Source: Neodothiora populina
Taxonomy: Eukaryota
DNA length: 35,596 nt
Assembly: GCF_041146345.1 (NCBI RefSeq)
Contig: NW_027191416.1
Coordinates: forward strand, 1 to 35,596
Direction of reading: 5' to 3'
Shown one piece after another: positions 1-10,808 of the stretch. A program made the translations under genes and the position numbers. The first letter of the stretch is position 1. Every line of letters starts with the position of its first letter. Below the pieces are notes generated by a model, which was given only the letters and a program-made list of their open reading frames with translations, ran no database searches and was not told where the DNA came from.

Positions 1-624
1 GTTACTATGGATTATTATATAGGATCAGCTGCAACAGGTAGATTTCATGCTAGATTTTCTAATCACTTATTTAACTTTCATGGTAGTAAAGTGGTGAAGA
101 ATGCAGTAAAAAAGTACGGTATATCTTCATTTGCATTCATAGTTTTAGAATTGTTTCCTGAAGTAGTAAACAAGGAGAACAATAAAAAATTATTAAACTT
201 GGAAGATTTTTACTTAAAATCTTTATTACCCAACTATAACATCTTGACTGAAGCTGGTTCAAGTTTTGGTTATAAACATAGTGAAATAACCAGACTAAAA
301 ATTCAAACCCGTTATAGTGAAGAGCGTAGAGCAGCTATTGGTGGTTTGAATAAAGGTAAAAACTTATCTCCTAATACTATTGAATTGATGAAAGAATCGG
401 CTTTAAACCGTACAAAACCTATCTATTCAGAAGAATCCATTAAAAATATGAAGAAAAAGTCAAGAGCTATAATCGTATATAATATGGATTACACAGTATA
501 TGGAGAATTTCCTAGCATAGTAGATGCCGCGAAATCTTTAGGTTGTGATCAAAAAACCATCACTCGGGCTTTACAAACCCCAAAACAAATATTGAGAAGA
601 CGTTGAATTGTTAAGTATGTTTAA
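1..624 (+). CDS. Intron-encoded GIY-YIG homing endonuclease, C-terminal part (continues from 35276..35596, in frame with cob exon 1; 314 intron-coded aa)
   Basis: GIYLILNK (window end) joins VTMDYYIGSA (window start); LEDFYLKSLLPNYN catalytic region; NUMOD-like tail; TGA at 604 read as Trp, TAA at 622-624. Confidence 0.93.
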
Positions 625-1030
625 ACATAAGTTGTTGTATGTTAATGGCGTTTGAGTATAAATTATAGTCCCACCAATAAAACAATTTTTATGCAATCTG
701 TGGAGAGAAATAAAAATTTAAAGTGGAATAGCCCGACAGGGATATTGAAGAAGACCTATAGGCTTCTTTGGCAATGTTAGTGAAAACGATCAAAGAATAT
801 TTAACCTTGCTTTACTTAAAGGCTAATCAGTAGAGATATACGATGTTAAACGTTAGAGATCGTCGGTTATCCATATAATCGCGACAGACTGGGTCACTAA
901 TGGGTGTCTGAAATGATGCTTAATGCACAGTCGGGATTTTTAGTTATATTCTATAACTAATAGAATACACGAATTCAAAGTTATTCTAGCTTATTATAAA
1001 ATGCCATTTTTTTTATAAAAAGTAAATTAG
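1..1030 (+). mobile_element. Group I intron (ID-like) at cob position 393, 3' part (whole intron 35276..35596 + 1..1030, 1351 nt)
   Basis: Interrupts cob after ...ACA GCA TTC CTG GGT (exon ends in T); ends in G at 1030 before TAT GTT TTA CCA; core motifs GCAATGTTAGTGAAAACGATC, CGACAGACTGGGTCAC and GCACAGTCGG at about 771-935. Confidence 0.93.
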
Positions 1031-1819
1031 TATGTTTTACCATACGGGCAAATGTCATTATGAGGTGCAACAGTTATTACTAACCTTATGAGTGCTATAC
1101 CTTGAATTGGACAAGATATAGTTGAATTCATATGAGGTGGTTTTTCTGTTAATAATGCAACTCTAAATAGGTTTTTTGCTTTACACTTTGTGTTACCTTT
1201 CGTATTAGCAGCTTTAGCTTTAATGCACATGATAGCACTTCATGATAGCGCTGGTTCAGGTAACCCTTTAGGTGTTTCAGGTAACTACGATAGATTACCT
1301 TTCGCTCCATATTTCATATTCAAAGATTTAGTAACTATATTCTTATTTATATTAGTTCTATCAATCTTTGTATTCTTTATGCCTAATGTTTTAGGTGATA
1401 GTGACAATTACATCATGGCTAACCCTATGCAAACACCTCCTGCTATAGTACCTGAATGATACCTTTTACCATTCTATGCTATATTAAGATCTATTCCTAA
1501 TAAATTATTAGGTGTTGTTGCTATGTTATCTGCGATTTTAATTTTATTAGTTATGCCATTTGTTGATTTAAGTAGAAGTAGAGGTATACAGTTTAGACCT
1601 TTAAGTAAAATAGCTTACTACGTATTTATAGCTAATTTCTTAATATTAATGCAAATAGGTGCAAAACACGTTGAAACTCCTTTTATAGAGTTAGGTCAAA
1701 TTTCAACTGTTCTTTACTTTTCACATTTCCTAATAATAATTCCTTTAGTGAGTTTATTAGAAAATAGTTTAATAGAATTAGCTACTCAATCACATAATGC
1801 AAAAAATCTAAAAAAGTAG
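1031..1819 (+). CDS. cob: Apocytochrome b, exon 2
   Basis: [18 protein letters not shown]...PEWY...; TAG at 1817-1819; 393 aa together with exon 1. Confidence 0.98.
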
Positions 1820-2502
1820 ATAAATTAAAGTGCTGGCTTATAATTAAAAATTTTTTAAAAAAACACCGGCACGTAATAATTAAGATCTTTGTTTGGACTG
1901 TTACCTTTATTACTACAATTATACTCGAAGGTGATACTTTGTACTTGGACGACGGTGAGGAAGACAAAGGTGAAGCCAGCGGGTATAATACCCATTTAGG
2001 TAAAGGTAAAGGTAAAGCGACGGAGGAAGAAGTTATTGCAATGTATAAGAAAAAAGGTATTCCTATATTAGACCCAGACAGATACTCAAGTTTATTTTCA
2101 GATTTAGACTCAGAAGAAGAGTTAGAGGCAAAAAACTTAAAAGAGGATCAAGAGGAGTTTGATAGAGAGTTAGCCTTTACTTTACAAGATGCATTTGATC
2201 GTGAATTATCCTATGACTCACCGGATGAAAAAGTTAAGGAGAAAAGCCCTTCATCAGAAAGTGAGTACAGTGTGTTATCTTCTGATATTCACAGTGACGA
2301 TAGTGATAATACTAGAAACAAAAAGCTTCAAGTTAAAGAAGAAGAAGAACAGATTAAAAGAGAAGCAAATCTTCTTAAAAGAGAAGAAAAGCCTCTTAAA
2401 ATAGAAGAAAAGCCTTTTAAAAGAAAAGAACTTTTTGCTTTTAATTCTGATTCCGACTCTGATTACAATTCAAATTTACCTCCTTCTAAAAGAAGAAAAT
2501 AA
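1798..2502 (+). CDS. Orphan ORF: hydrophobic N-terminal segment, acidic body, KGKGKA motif, C-terminal PPSKRRK; start uncertain (no ATG before 2041)
   Basis: Frame open from 1798 to TAA 2502, overlapping the cob stop in the -1 frame; D/E/S-rich composition looks protein-like. Confidence 0.65.
   Translation, partial: CKKSKKVDKLKCWLIIKNFLKKHRHVIIKIFVWTVTFITTIILEGDTLYLDDGEEDKGEASGYNTHLGKGKGKATEEEVIAMYKKKGIPILDPDRYSSLFSDLDSEEELEAKNLKEDQEEFDRELAFTLQDAFDRELSYDSPDEKVKEKSPSSESEYSVLSSDIHSDDSDNTRNKKLQVKEEEEQIKREANLLKREEKPLKIEEKPFKRKELFAFNSDSDSDYNSNLPPSKRRK
2356..2439 (+). repeat. Degenerate 21-nt tandem repeat ([28 protein letters not shown])
   Basis: AAAAGAGAAG..CTT units every 21 nt. Confidence 0.7.
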
Positions 2503-2529
2503 ACTTCTTAAAAAAAAAATAAAAAAAAT

Positions 2530-2635
2530 ATGTTAATCACTTTATTGGTCTTACTTTTAATATCAAATGCCCTTAGTTTAAGGAAAGACAAATCCATCTT
2601 ATTTTCTAGAATTGTAATGGTTTCATTAATTTTAA
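2530..2635 (+). repeat. Copy A of a 106-nt inverted repeat (nad2 5' end); partner at 11770..11875
   Basis: 105/106 identical to the reverse complement of 11770..11875; the upstream AAAAAT-A(n)-T context is also shared. Confidence 0.95.
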
Positions 2636-4218
2636 CTACAATATTAGCTTTTAATAACCTATTCGTATTAACTTTAGAAAAAGGTATTGCATTATATGGG
2701 GGTTTATTCCACGTTACTGCATTTACACATAGTTTTAATATTTTTATTTTTATAATAACTTCTATTATATTAACTTTAACATCTTTTTATCCTAGAAAAG
2801 TTTATTTAAATATACATTCTTCCTTATCAAAATTACTATTAAATAAATTTGATTATAATAGAACAAAAATAAGTAATAAAATGGGAGAACAGTTTAAAAT
2901 TCTGGAATACTCTTTAATTATTGTATTTGTGATAAGTGGAGCAGTATTTTTAATGAGTGCTAGTGATTTAGTTTCAATCTTTTTATCTATAGAATTACAA
3001 AGTTATGGTTTATATATTATATCTACATTATATAGAGATTCAGAACAAGCCACTAGTGGAGGGCTAACATACTTCTTGTTAGGTGGTCTTTCTTCTTGTT
3101 TCATCTTACTAGGATCAAGTTTACTATATGCAAATTCAGGTACTACAAGTTTAGAAGGCTTGTATGTGTTAAGTAGCATATCTGAAGTATATCTGGATTT
3201 ACATCCTACCTTATTATCATGATACCAACCTTATTATATACATTTATCTTTAATAATACTATCAGTAGGGTTTTTATTTAAAGTGAGTGCAGCGCCTTTC
3301 CATTTTTGAAGTCCGGACGTATATGACGCTATACCTACCATAGTTACAACTTTTGTAGCTTTAATCGCAAAAATATCTATTTTTATTTTCTTTATAGAAT
3401 TAGTTTACTATACAGAAAAAACTCTTCTATTATTTTCTTGAACAAATTGTATACTTATTAGTAGTTTATTCTCTTTAATAATAGGTTCTGTATTAGGTTT
3501 AACACAATTTAGAATAAAAAGATTGTTTGCTTATAGTACAATTAGTCATGTCGGGTTTATTTTATTGGCCTTAAGTATTAATAGTATGGAATCTATACAA
3601 GCCTTTATCTTTTATATTGTAGCATATACTCTATCAAATTTAAACGCTTTTATAATTTTAGTTACAATAGGATACAGTTTCTATCTATATGTATATAAAA
3701 ACGAAAAACAAGACGATTTATTACTAGATAAAAATAATAGCCCTATACAACTAATTAGCCAATTACAAGGATACTTTTACATAAATCCTTTTTTAGCTTT
3801 AAGTCTATCAATTACTTTATTCTCATTTGCAGGTATTCCACCTCTTCTTGGGTTTTTTGCTAAACAGCTTGTGCTAGGTGCTGCTTTAGATCAAGGTTAT
3901 GTATTTATGGCTTTAGTAGCTATATTAACTAGTGTAGTATCAGCAGTTTATTACTTAAATGTGATTAAAAACATCTTTTTTAATAAAGATGAGTACATGA
4001 TAAATCCAAAACTTGAAAACTTAAAATTAAAAGGTAATATCATAGATAGTGAAAGTAAAGAAAACCAAGTAGAATTTAAACTTGATAATATAGTGTTAAG
4101 TAGTGCATTAAGTATTGTAATTTCCATACTAACATTATTAATATTACTGTTTATATTAATACCTGACGAATGATTGACCGTAGCAAATATATTAACACTA
4201 ATATTATTTAAGCCATAA
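2530..4218 (+). CDS. nad2: NADH dehydrogenase subunit 2 (562 aa)
   Basis: [39 protein letters not shown] motifs; TAA abuts the nad3 ATG. Confidence 0.97.
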
Positions 4219-4596
4219 ATGTCCAGCCAAACTTTTTTTCTAGTTTTTATTCCTATACTTGCCTTTATTTTATTAGCTGTTAATATTATATTTGCACCTC
4301 ACAATCCTTATCAGGAAAAAGATTCAGCCTTCGAATGTGGATTTCATTCTTTCCTTGGACAAAATAGAAGTGAGTTTAGTATTTCTTTCTTTATTTTTGC
4401 ACTTTTATTTTTACTTTTCGATCTTGAGATACTATTAGTTTACCCTTACGTTGTGAGCGGTTATGTTAATGGAGTATTTGGATTAATTGTAATGCTTATC
4501 TTCTTTTTAGTTTTAACCTTAGGTTTTGCTTTTGAATTAGGAAAAAATGCATTATCAATAGAAAGTAAACAAACTTCTTTTATAAGTAATAAATAA
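4219..4596 (+). CDS. nad3: NADH dehydrogenase subunit 3
   Basis: EKDSAFECGF and FLLFDLEILL motifs. Confidence 0.98.
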   Translation: MSSQTFFLVFIPILAFILLAVNIIFAPHNPYQEKDSAFECGFHSFLGQNRSEFSISFFIFALLFLLFDLEILLVYPYVVSGYVNGVFGLIVMLIFFLVLTLGFAFELGKNALSIESKQTSFISNK

Positions 4597-4660
4597 AAAA
4601 AAATGTTAGAATGCTTGACCAATCTAACATTATTAAATAAATGAATTAAAATAAGAAACA

Positions 4661-4671
4661 TTAGTAATGTA
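4661..4671 (+). promoter_or_regulatory. Putative mitochondrial promoter TTAGTAATGTA upstream of the tRNA cluster
   Basis: Exact copy of a motif found in sense orientation upstream of five RNA loci; fits the Neurospora mt promoter consensus. Confidence 0.6.
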
Positions 4672-4702
4672 ATAGTAGCTAAAAAGTTGAAGTTATATTT
4701 TA

Positions 4703-4784
4703 ATCCGAGTGCTGGAATTGGTAGACAGGGCGAACTTAAGATTCGCTGACTAAGGTCGTAAACGTTCAAGTCGTTTTTTGGATA
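4703..4784 (+). tRNA. trnL: tRNA-Leu(TAA)
   Basis: Anticodon arm GCGAA-CTTAAGA-TTCGC; long variable arm. Confidence 0.93.
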
Positions 4785-4891
4785 AAAAAAAGTTATATCT
4801 TATGTAAGAATGTAATATATTTATAAAAAAAAGTTGTATAATGGGTTTAGTATTTAAGCTATTTAGCTAAAATAGATTTATATGATAATAA

Positions 4892-4963
4892 GACCCACTA
4901 GTCAAGTGGTTAAGACATAACGCTTTCACCGTTACATCTCAGGTTCGAACCCTGAGTGGGTTA
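4892..4963 (+). tRNA. trnE: tRNA-Glu(TTC)
   Basis: TAACG-CTTTCAC-CGTTA; GTTCGAAC T loop. Confidence 0.95.
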
Positions 4964-5166
4964 TACTTATATATATTATCTCTATTCCATAATATATGCT
5001 TTTATAACATCTTTTTAAAAAGGCTAGAAAACTGTTAAATATTAACTTTTTATAAGAGATAAAAGATTTTTATAAAATAATAAGCGTGATAATTAAGCAA
5101 TGTATTGGCTTTATAACATCTTTTTAAGATATTTCCGGATAAGAGTTAGAGGTTAAAGCATGCTAG

Positions 5167-5238
5167 GGGGATATAGTTTAACTGGTAAAACTGCGATTTT
5201 GCATATCGTTATTTTAGGATCGAGTCCTAATATCTCCA
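5167..5238 (+). tRNA. trnA: tRNA-Ala(TGC)
   Basis: GCGAT-TTTGCAT-ATCGT; G3:U70 pair. Confidence 0.95.
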
Positions 5239-5392
5239 ATTGGTTTATTTACTGTAGGTTTAAAAATCTTTTATAAGCACCTTTTTTTTATCTTTTATAA
5301 TTAATGTTTGTTAAAGTGCAATTTTAAACTAATGGGTCTAGTCTATAATTATACGTATATAGAAAGGTTTATTTCTTGCCCTGTTATAAAAC

Positions 5393-5465
5393 GCCCGAGA
5401 AGCTCAATTGGCCGAGCGGAGCTCTGAAGATGCTTAGGTTATAAGTTCAAGTCTTATCTTGGGCA
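5393..5465 (+). tRNA. trnF: tRNA-Phe(GAA)
   Basis: CTGAAGA loop; acceptor GCCCGAG/CTTGGGC. Confidence 0.93.
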
Positions 5466-5519
5466 CTTATATGTGCTTTTTTTTTTATTATAAATAATAA
5501 AAAAAAAATTATAGTTATA

Positions 5520-5603
5520 AAGGTAGTGCTGGAATTGGTAGACAGGAATAGTTTAGGTCTATTTGATTATTAAATCTTATCCGTTCAAGTCGGATGTACC
5601 TTA
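5520..5603 (+). tRNA. trnL: tRNA-Leu(TAG)
   Basis: AATAG-TTTAGGT-CTATT; long variable arm. Confidence 0.92.
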
Positions 5604-5684
5604 TTGACCTATTATTATAAAGGGCCCTTTAAAAAAGAGGTTAAAATTAATAGAAAAAGCATTAAAAAAACTAGTAAAAAGCGA

Positions 5685-5757
5685 TATGTTGTGGACTAAT
5701 CGGTAAGTCATAAATTTTTGGTATTTACTATTGAGTGTTCGAATCACTCCAACATAA
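5685..5757 (+). tRNA. trnQ: tRNA-Gln(TTG)
   Basis: TAAAT-TTTTGGT-ATTTA; acceptor TATGTTG/CAACATA. Confidence 0.95.
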
Positions 5758-5805
5758 TATTATATCTTAATATTAAATAATTTTCTAAGTAAATAATAAT
5801 GTAAA

Positions 5806-5879
5806 GGTGGATATAGTTCAATTGGCAGAACAACTGTATGTGGCACAGTAAGTTCCCTGTTCAAGTCAGGGTATTCACC
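5806..5879 (+). tRNA. trnH: tRNA-His(GTG)
   Basis: ACTGT-ATGTGGC-ACAGT; encoded G-1. Confidence 0.95.
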
Positions 5880-5931
5880 CATAAAATAGGATTTTATTTA
5901 ACGTTAAATGTTAAATAAAAACCAAGCAAAT

Positions 5932-6004
5932 GCCCGAGTAGTTCAACCGGTTAGAACGTTAATTTCATGCATTAAGAATGAGAATTCGAATTTCTCCTCT
6001 GGCT
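5932..6004 (+). tRNA. trnM: tRNA with CAT anticodon (Met, or possibly an ATA-reading Ile)
   Basis: TTAAT-TTCATGC-ATTAA; acceptor GCCCGAG/CTCTGGC. Confidence 0.88.
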
Positions 6005-6151
6005 CATGTTAAAACCCTATTACTATATTAAAAAAAAAGATGTATGTTAAATTGAATAAGTATAGTCACTTAAAAACAATAGTTTAAATACAATGTAAGT
6101 AAAGATAAAGTTTATAAAGGCTTACATCTAGTTTTATACATAGTATAAAGT

Positions 6152-6438
6152 AAATAAGGTTACGTAGGCTGCTCAATAACTCGCTAGCGCAAATATTCCT
6201 CAAACTTAAACGAATATATCTCCTTTATTAGTTATAATAAAAAACAAACCAAAACCTAGCACTGATACTCTAAACCGGTCTAAATATATATAAGGAAAAG
6301 ATTAAGAAGTCGTATGCTGTCTAGTAATCGCTTTATCAAATGGTTTAAACGATTTAGCCGCTACCACATAAAGGTAGAGCTATCACATTTGCGCTAAATT
6401 AAGATTTAATTGTATATTCAAGCAGTAAACCCTTATTT
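6152..6438 (-). ncRNA. Candidate structured non-coding RNA of unknown family, directly downstream of nad5
   Basis: Nested long-range helices (6152-6159/6431-6438, 6169-6173/6421-6425, 6185-6194/6387-6396) enclosing several local hairpins; G:U pairs favour the minus strand. Confidence 0.5.
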
Positions 6439-6466
6439 TTTTAACAAGTTTTTTTTATTATTTAAC

Positions 6467-8440
6467 TTAAAGTTTTTTTTTATTATTTATTGTGGTTAAC
6501 AAAGCAAATATTAATATAATAAATAAGTTGTTATCACTTATAGATAAGTAAGGAGTTAATATATAGAAAATTAAACCCACTAATATGTATAAAGCATATG
6601 ATGTAATTACACCAGTATCTAAACTAGCTATGTTTTTACTTAAATTAAGTAATCCTTTTTCTAAACCGTAAGGTCCTAATAATTCTACAGATCCTTTGTC
6701 AAGAACCTTAGTTGATTGACCACCTAGTTTTAAAACCATATCTGTAATATATCTATTATAAAATAATTCAATCAAGAAACGTTGGTTAAAGAAACTAAAT
6801 ATATTATAACCAAGTCTACTTAACTTAAAGTGTATTAATAATTTAGGTAAAAACTCACTTAATACAATAAATACAACACTTAATGAAACGGTGAACACTA
6901 AAGGTAATAATTTAAATAAAGTAGGCACAGCAAATTCTGTATCTAACATAATTTCGTGTGAAGGGTGTATAAATAAACTATTATCTGAGAAGAAGCCAGA
7001 ACCTAACCCTATGAATATATCTTTAGTGATATATCCAAAGAAAATAGAGAAGATAGCTAAAACAATTAAAGGTAAACTCATAAATATATCACCTTCATGG
7101 GCATGTTTATAGTTAACTAGAGGACCATTAGGATTAGTTAAGAAAGTTAAATATAAAACCTTAACTGAGTATAGTGTAGTAAACATAGCTCCAATTGTAG
7201 CTATAAAATATACAACTGTACTAGAGAAATAAAATTGTCCATATGCAGACTCTAATATAAAATCTTTTGAGTAGAAACCTGTCATAAAAGGGAATGCTAC
7301 TAGACTAAGACTAGCTATTAACATAACTGAATAAGTTAGAGGTAAGAAAGGTCTTAATCCTCCATATCTTCTAAAATCTTGATTATCAGCTACTGCGTGA
7401 ATTACCGCACCCGCTCCTAAGAAAAGAAGTCCTTTATAGAAAGCGTGATTTACTAAATGGAATAAAGCTACATTATAAGAAGATAAACCTACGGCTATAA
7501 CCATCATACCTAATTGACTCATAGTAGAGTAAGCTATAACTTTTTTAATATCTTGTTGGAATAAACCTATTAAAGAACTAAATACCGTTGTAATTGCACC
7601 AATTCATAAACATAGTAATAACACGGTTGAACTATATTCTATTAAAGGACTACTACGCATTAATAAATACACACCCGCTGTAACCATAGTTGCAGCGTGG
7701 ATTAATGCACTTACAGGTGTAGGACCTTCCATAGCCATAGGTAATCAAACGTGTAGACCGATTTGTGAACTTTTAGCCATAGCACCTATTAATAAACAAA
7801 TACCTACTATAGTAACAAGATCTTCACTCATAAATGGAGCTAATGAAAATACAGTTGAATAGTCTGCATTACCAAAAGACAGTATTGTAGCCAACATACC
7901 TATGGTTAAAAAACAATCTCCAACTCTATTTGTTATAAATGCAGATAGAGAACTTTGGTTTGCAGCGATTCTAGTAAATCAGAAACTTACTAAAAGATAA
8001 GAACAAACTGCTACACCCTCTCACCCTACAAACATAAGTAAAAAATTATTAGCTGTTACAAGAATAACCATCATAAATGTGAATAAACTTAAATAGCTAA
8101 AGAATCTTTGATTATGTGGATCATGACTCATATATCCTATAGAATATATATGCACTAAAGAAGATATAATTAATACAGGTATAAGCATAGATACTGTTAA
8201 AGAATCAAAATTAAATCCTCAAGATATATTTAATGATTCTGAGTCAATTCATCTAAATAAATGTATTGATACTGGTATGTTATTTAAACCTACTTCAAAA
8301 AAAGCAAGTATTGCACATATTGTTGTTACTATAACGGAAGTACAAGTTATTAATTGTGCTCCGCTAACTCCGACTTTTCTACCAAAGAAACCGGATACTA
8401 TTGATCCTAATAAAGGTAATACTATTAAAGCTAGATACAT
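6467..8440 (-). CDS. nad5: NADH dehydrogenase subunit 5 (657 aa)
   Basis: [39 protein letters not shown] motifs; ATG overlaps the nad4L stop (TAATG). Confidence 0.98.
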
Positions 8441-8709
8441 TATTTGAATTCTATTGCAACACTACCTCTTAATCTGTAGAATGCTACTAAAATTCCTAAA
8501 CCTATAGCACTTTCTGCTCCAGCTATTGCTATAATATATATAGCATATGTTTGGCCTAATATATCATCAAAGCTAAGTGAACTTACTAATATTAAAAATG
8601 TAATAGCTAATAGCATTATTTCAATACTTATAAGCATTAAAATAATATTTTTTCTATTTAAAACGAAACCTAAGATTCCTATTAAAAAAAGTATTAGTGA
8701 TAAATTCAT
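8440..8709 (-). CDS. nad4L: NADH dehydrogenase subunit 4L
   Basis: [17 protein letters not shown] and AGAESAIGL motifs. Confidence 0.98.
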   Translation of the reverse strand: MNLSLILFLIGILGFVLNRKNIILMLISIEIMLLAITFLILVSSLSFDDILGQTYAIYIIAIAGAESAIGLGILVAFYRLRGSVAIEFK

Positions 8710-8895
8710 CTCTTTTATATGTAAAAAAAAAGTGAAGGTAATATTAATGTATAGATAATATTATTAATCATACATTAATATCATTTCTATTAACATTAAA
8801 AGCAAATTAAATGTTACATTTCCTAGATAAAGAAAAATAAAAAGTTAGAAATAGTCAAAGCGTTTGACTATGATAAGAAAGTGATAAGTAAAAAC

Positions 8896-9975
8896 TTAGA
8901 ACAATGATATATTGCTAGGTATTATTTCAAAACTATATAAAATACAAGGAACTAATACTATAAAGGCTATTACAATAGGTAATAGTATAGTTCAACAGAA
9001 TGTCATTAATTGATCATAACGTATACGAGGGAAGGATGCTCTTACTCAAATGAAAACAAAAATCATTATACATGATTTAAAACCTAAACTTAAACCTGAT
9101 AATAATCCTTCTACTAAAGGATAAGATAAAAATTCCAATTTATCAGGGTTTTCTATAAACGTGTAGTCAATTTCTTGAATTAAATATATTAAAGGCATAT
9201 AGTTTAAAAGATAACCACCTAGGAAAAGAATACTAGTTAATGTACAGATAAGCACTATACTTGCATATTCTGCTAAAAAGAAAAATACAAATATAACCGC
9301 TGAATGTTCTGTCATAAATCCACTAACTAATTCCGATTCTGCTTCAGCTAAATCAAATGGTGCTCTATTTGTTTCTGCAACACTACCTATAAAAAAGATA
9401 ATAAAAACAGGTAAGAGTGGTACAATAAATCATACCGCTCTTTGAGCTTCCATATTTACAGTTAAGTTTAAACTACCAGTTAGTAATATAACTAATAATA
9501 TAGCACTACTTAATATTAATTCATAACTAATTAATTGAGCTGTACTTCTAAGAGAACCTAAAAAAGCATATTTTGAATTAGCAGATCAACCGGCTAACAA
9601 GATACCATATGTTGCAAGTGAAGAAACTGCCAACATATAAAGTATACCTAAGTTAAAATCTCATACTGCTAGACCTGGTCCGTAAGGTATAACAGCATAA
9701 CCTAAAAGTGAGAAAATTAAAGTTATTATAGGTCCTAAGAAAAATAAAACAATATTAGCTTGTGTAGGTGATACGTATTCTTTTAAAAGTAATTTAAGAG
9801 CATCAGCAAACGCTTGTAAAAGACCATAGTATCCAACTATATTAGGACCTAGTCTTCTTTGCATACTTGCCATGGTTTTTCTTTCCGCAACTGTAACAAA
9901 AGCTACTGTTAATAATGCAGGAACAGTAACTAATAAAACTTCAATAATAGATATTAAGGTAGGTATATATAACAT
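8896..9975 (-). CDS. nad1: NADH dehydrogenase subunit 1 (359 aa)
   Basis: [15 protein letters not shown] and [21 protein letters not shown] motifs. Confidence 0.98.
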
Positions 9976-10344
9976 TTTAAAAGTGGTATAAAAATACTAA
10001 GTGTTAAACCTGATTACAGAGTTTATTAAAACTTTTAGTCTGGGTTTAAATATTCTTAGGTTAATGACATATATTAAGCGCTAGGGCGTTTCTTAAAAAT
10101 TTCTTCTTAATATTTTGTCTATTATTAAATTATGGCTATTTTTAAACTTTAGATCTTATATTATTTTAATACACAACCTACTTACAGTAAGCGATATACC
10201 ATTTTACATCTATTGGTTTTCTTAAAAGGTCTGCAAAACTCTTATTTGGATCCTGATATTATATGTATCCTGCTCTTTTTTTAAGGTCCCCTTTTAAAAG
10301 TTATTTACCGGTTTATCCTAAGGATTTTAAGTTAAATTTTTGGA

Positions 10345-10416
10345 TAAGAGCTATGAGATTCGAACTCATATTGGAGTGATTAAAAGTCACATACTTTACC
10401 GTTAAGTTAAGCTCTC
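10345..10416 (-). tRNA. trnK: tRNA-Lys(TTT)
   Basis: Reverse complement GTGA-CTTTTAA-TCAC; acceptor GAGAGCT/AGCTCTT. Confidence 0.93.
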
Positions 10417-10539
10417 TAACATATCTTTTTAATATTATTTACATTTTTTTTGTCAAAATGGTTTTAGCGCTAAAAAAAAGCCAATGTAACATACTTTGTT
10501 ATTAGTAGCTTAGGTAAAATATAAGTTATATGTGTTAGA

Positions 10540-10609
10540 GGGATACGGAGGAATTGAACCCCATATTTTCGATCTGCAATCAAAACGCAAAACCTTTTGC
10601 TACGTATCC
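10540..10609 (-). tRNA. trnC: tRNA-Cys(GCA)
   Basis: Reverse-complement loop TTGCAGA; acceptor GGATACG/CGTATCC. Confidence 0.9.
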
Positions 10610-10724
10610 CTTTTTATTTTATTACCGTTAAACTCTTTAAAGTCTTTATCCCTTTTTATTAGGCCAAGGCAATATAAACCTTAAGTAACCATGATTAAAT
10701 GTAAGTACAAAACCATACTTTATA

Positions 10725-10797
10725 TAAGAAATAGGTGATTCGAACACCTAACCTACCGTGTGTAAAACGGTTGCTCTACCAATTGAGCTAATTTCTT
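10725..10797 (-). tRNA. trnV: tRNA-Val(TAC)
   Basis: Reverse complement ACCGT-TTTACAC-ACGGT. Confidence 0.95.
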
Positions 10798-10808
10798 TTT
10801 ACCCCTTT

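Noticed and set aside
4998..5127. Repeated TTATAACATCTTTTTAA (about 5002 and 5111) and scattered ACATCTTTT motifs
   Set aside because: Short, AT-rich, with no consistent orientation or position; cannot be separated from local duplication or chance.
6152..6438. tmRNA, second RNase P RNA or group I intron remnant as the identity of the structured element
   Set aside because: No tRNA-like acceptor/T arm, no GGAAAGTC or CR-V, no P7 elements; left unassigned.
1027..7112. Short ORFs 1027..1230(-), 1782..1967(-), 2189..2404(+), 4461..4769(-), 6891..7112(+)
   Set aside because: Antisense or alternate-frame shadows of real genes and tRNAs, with no recognisable motifs.
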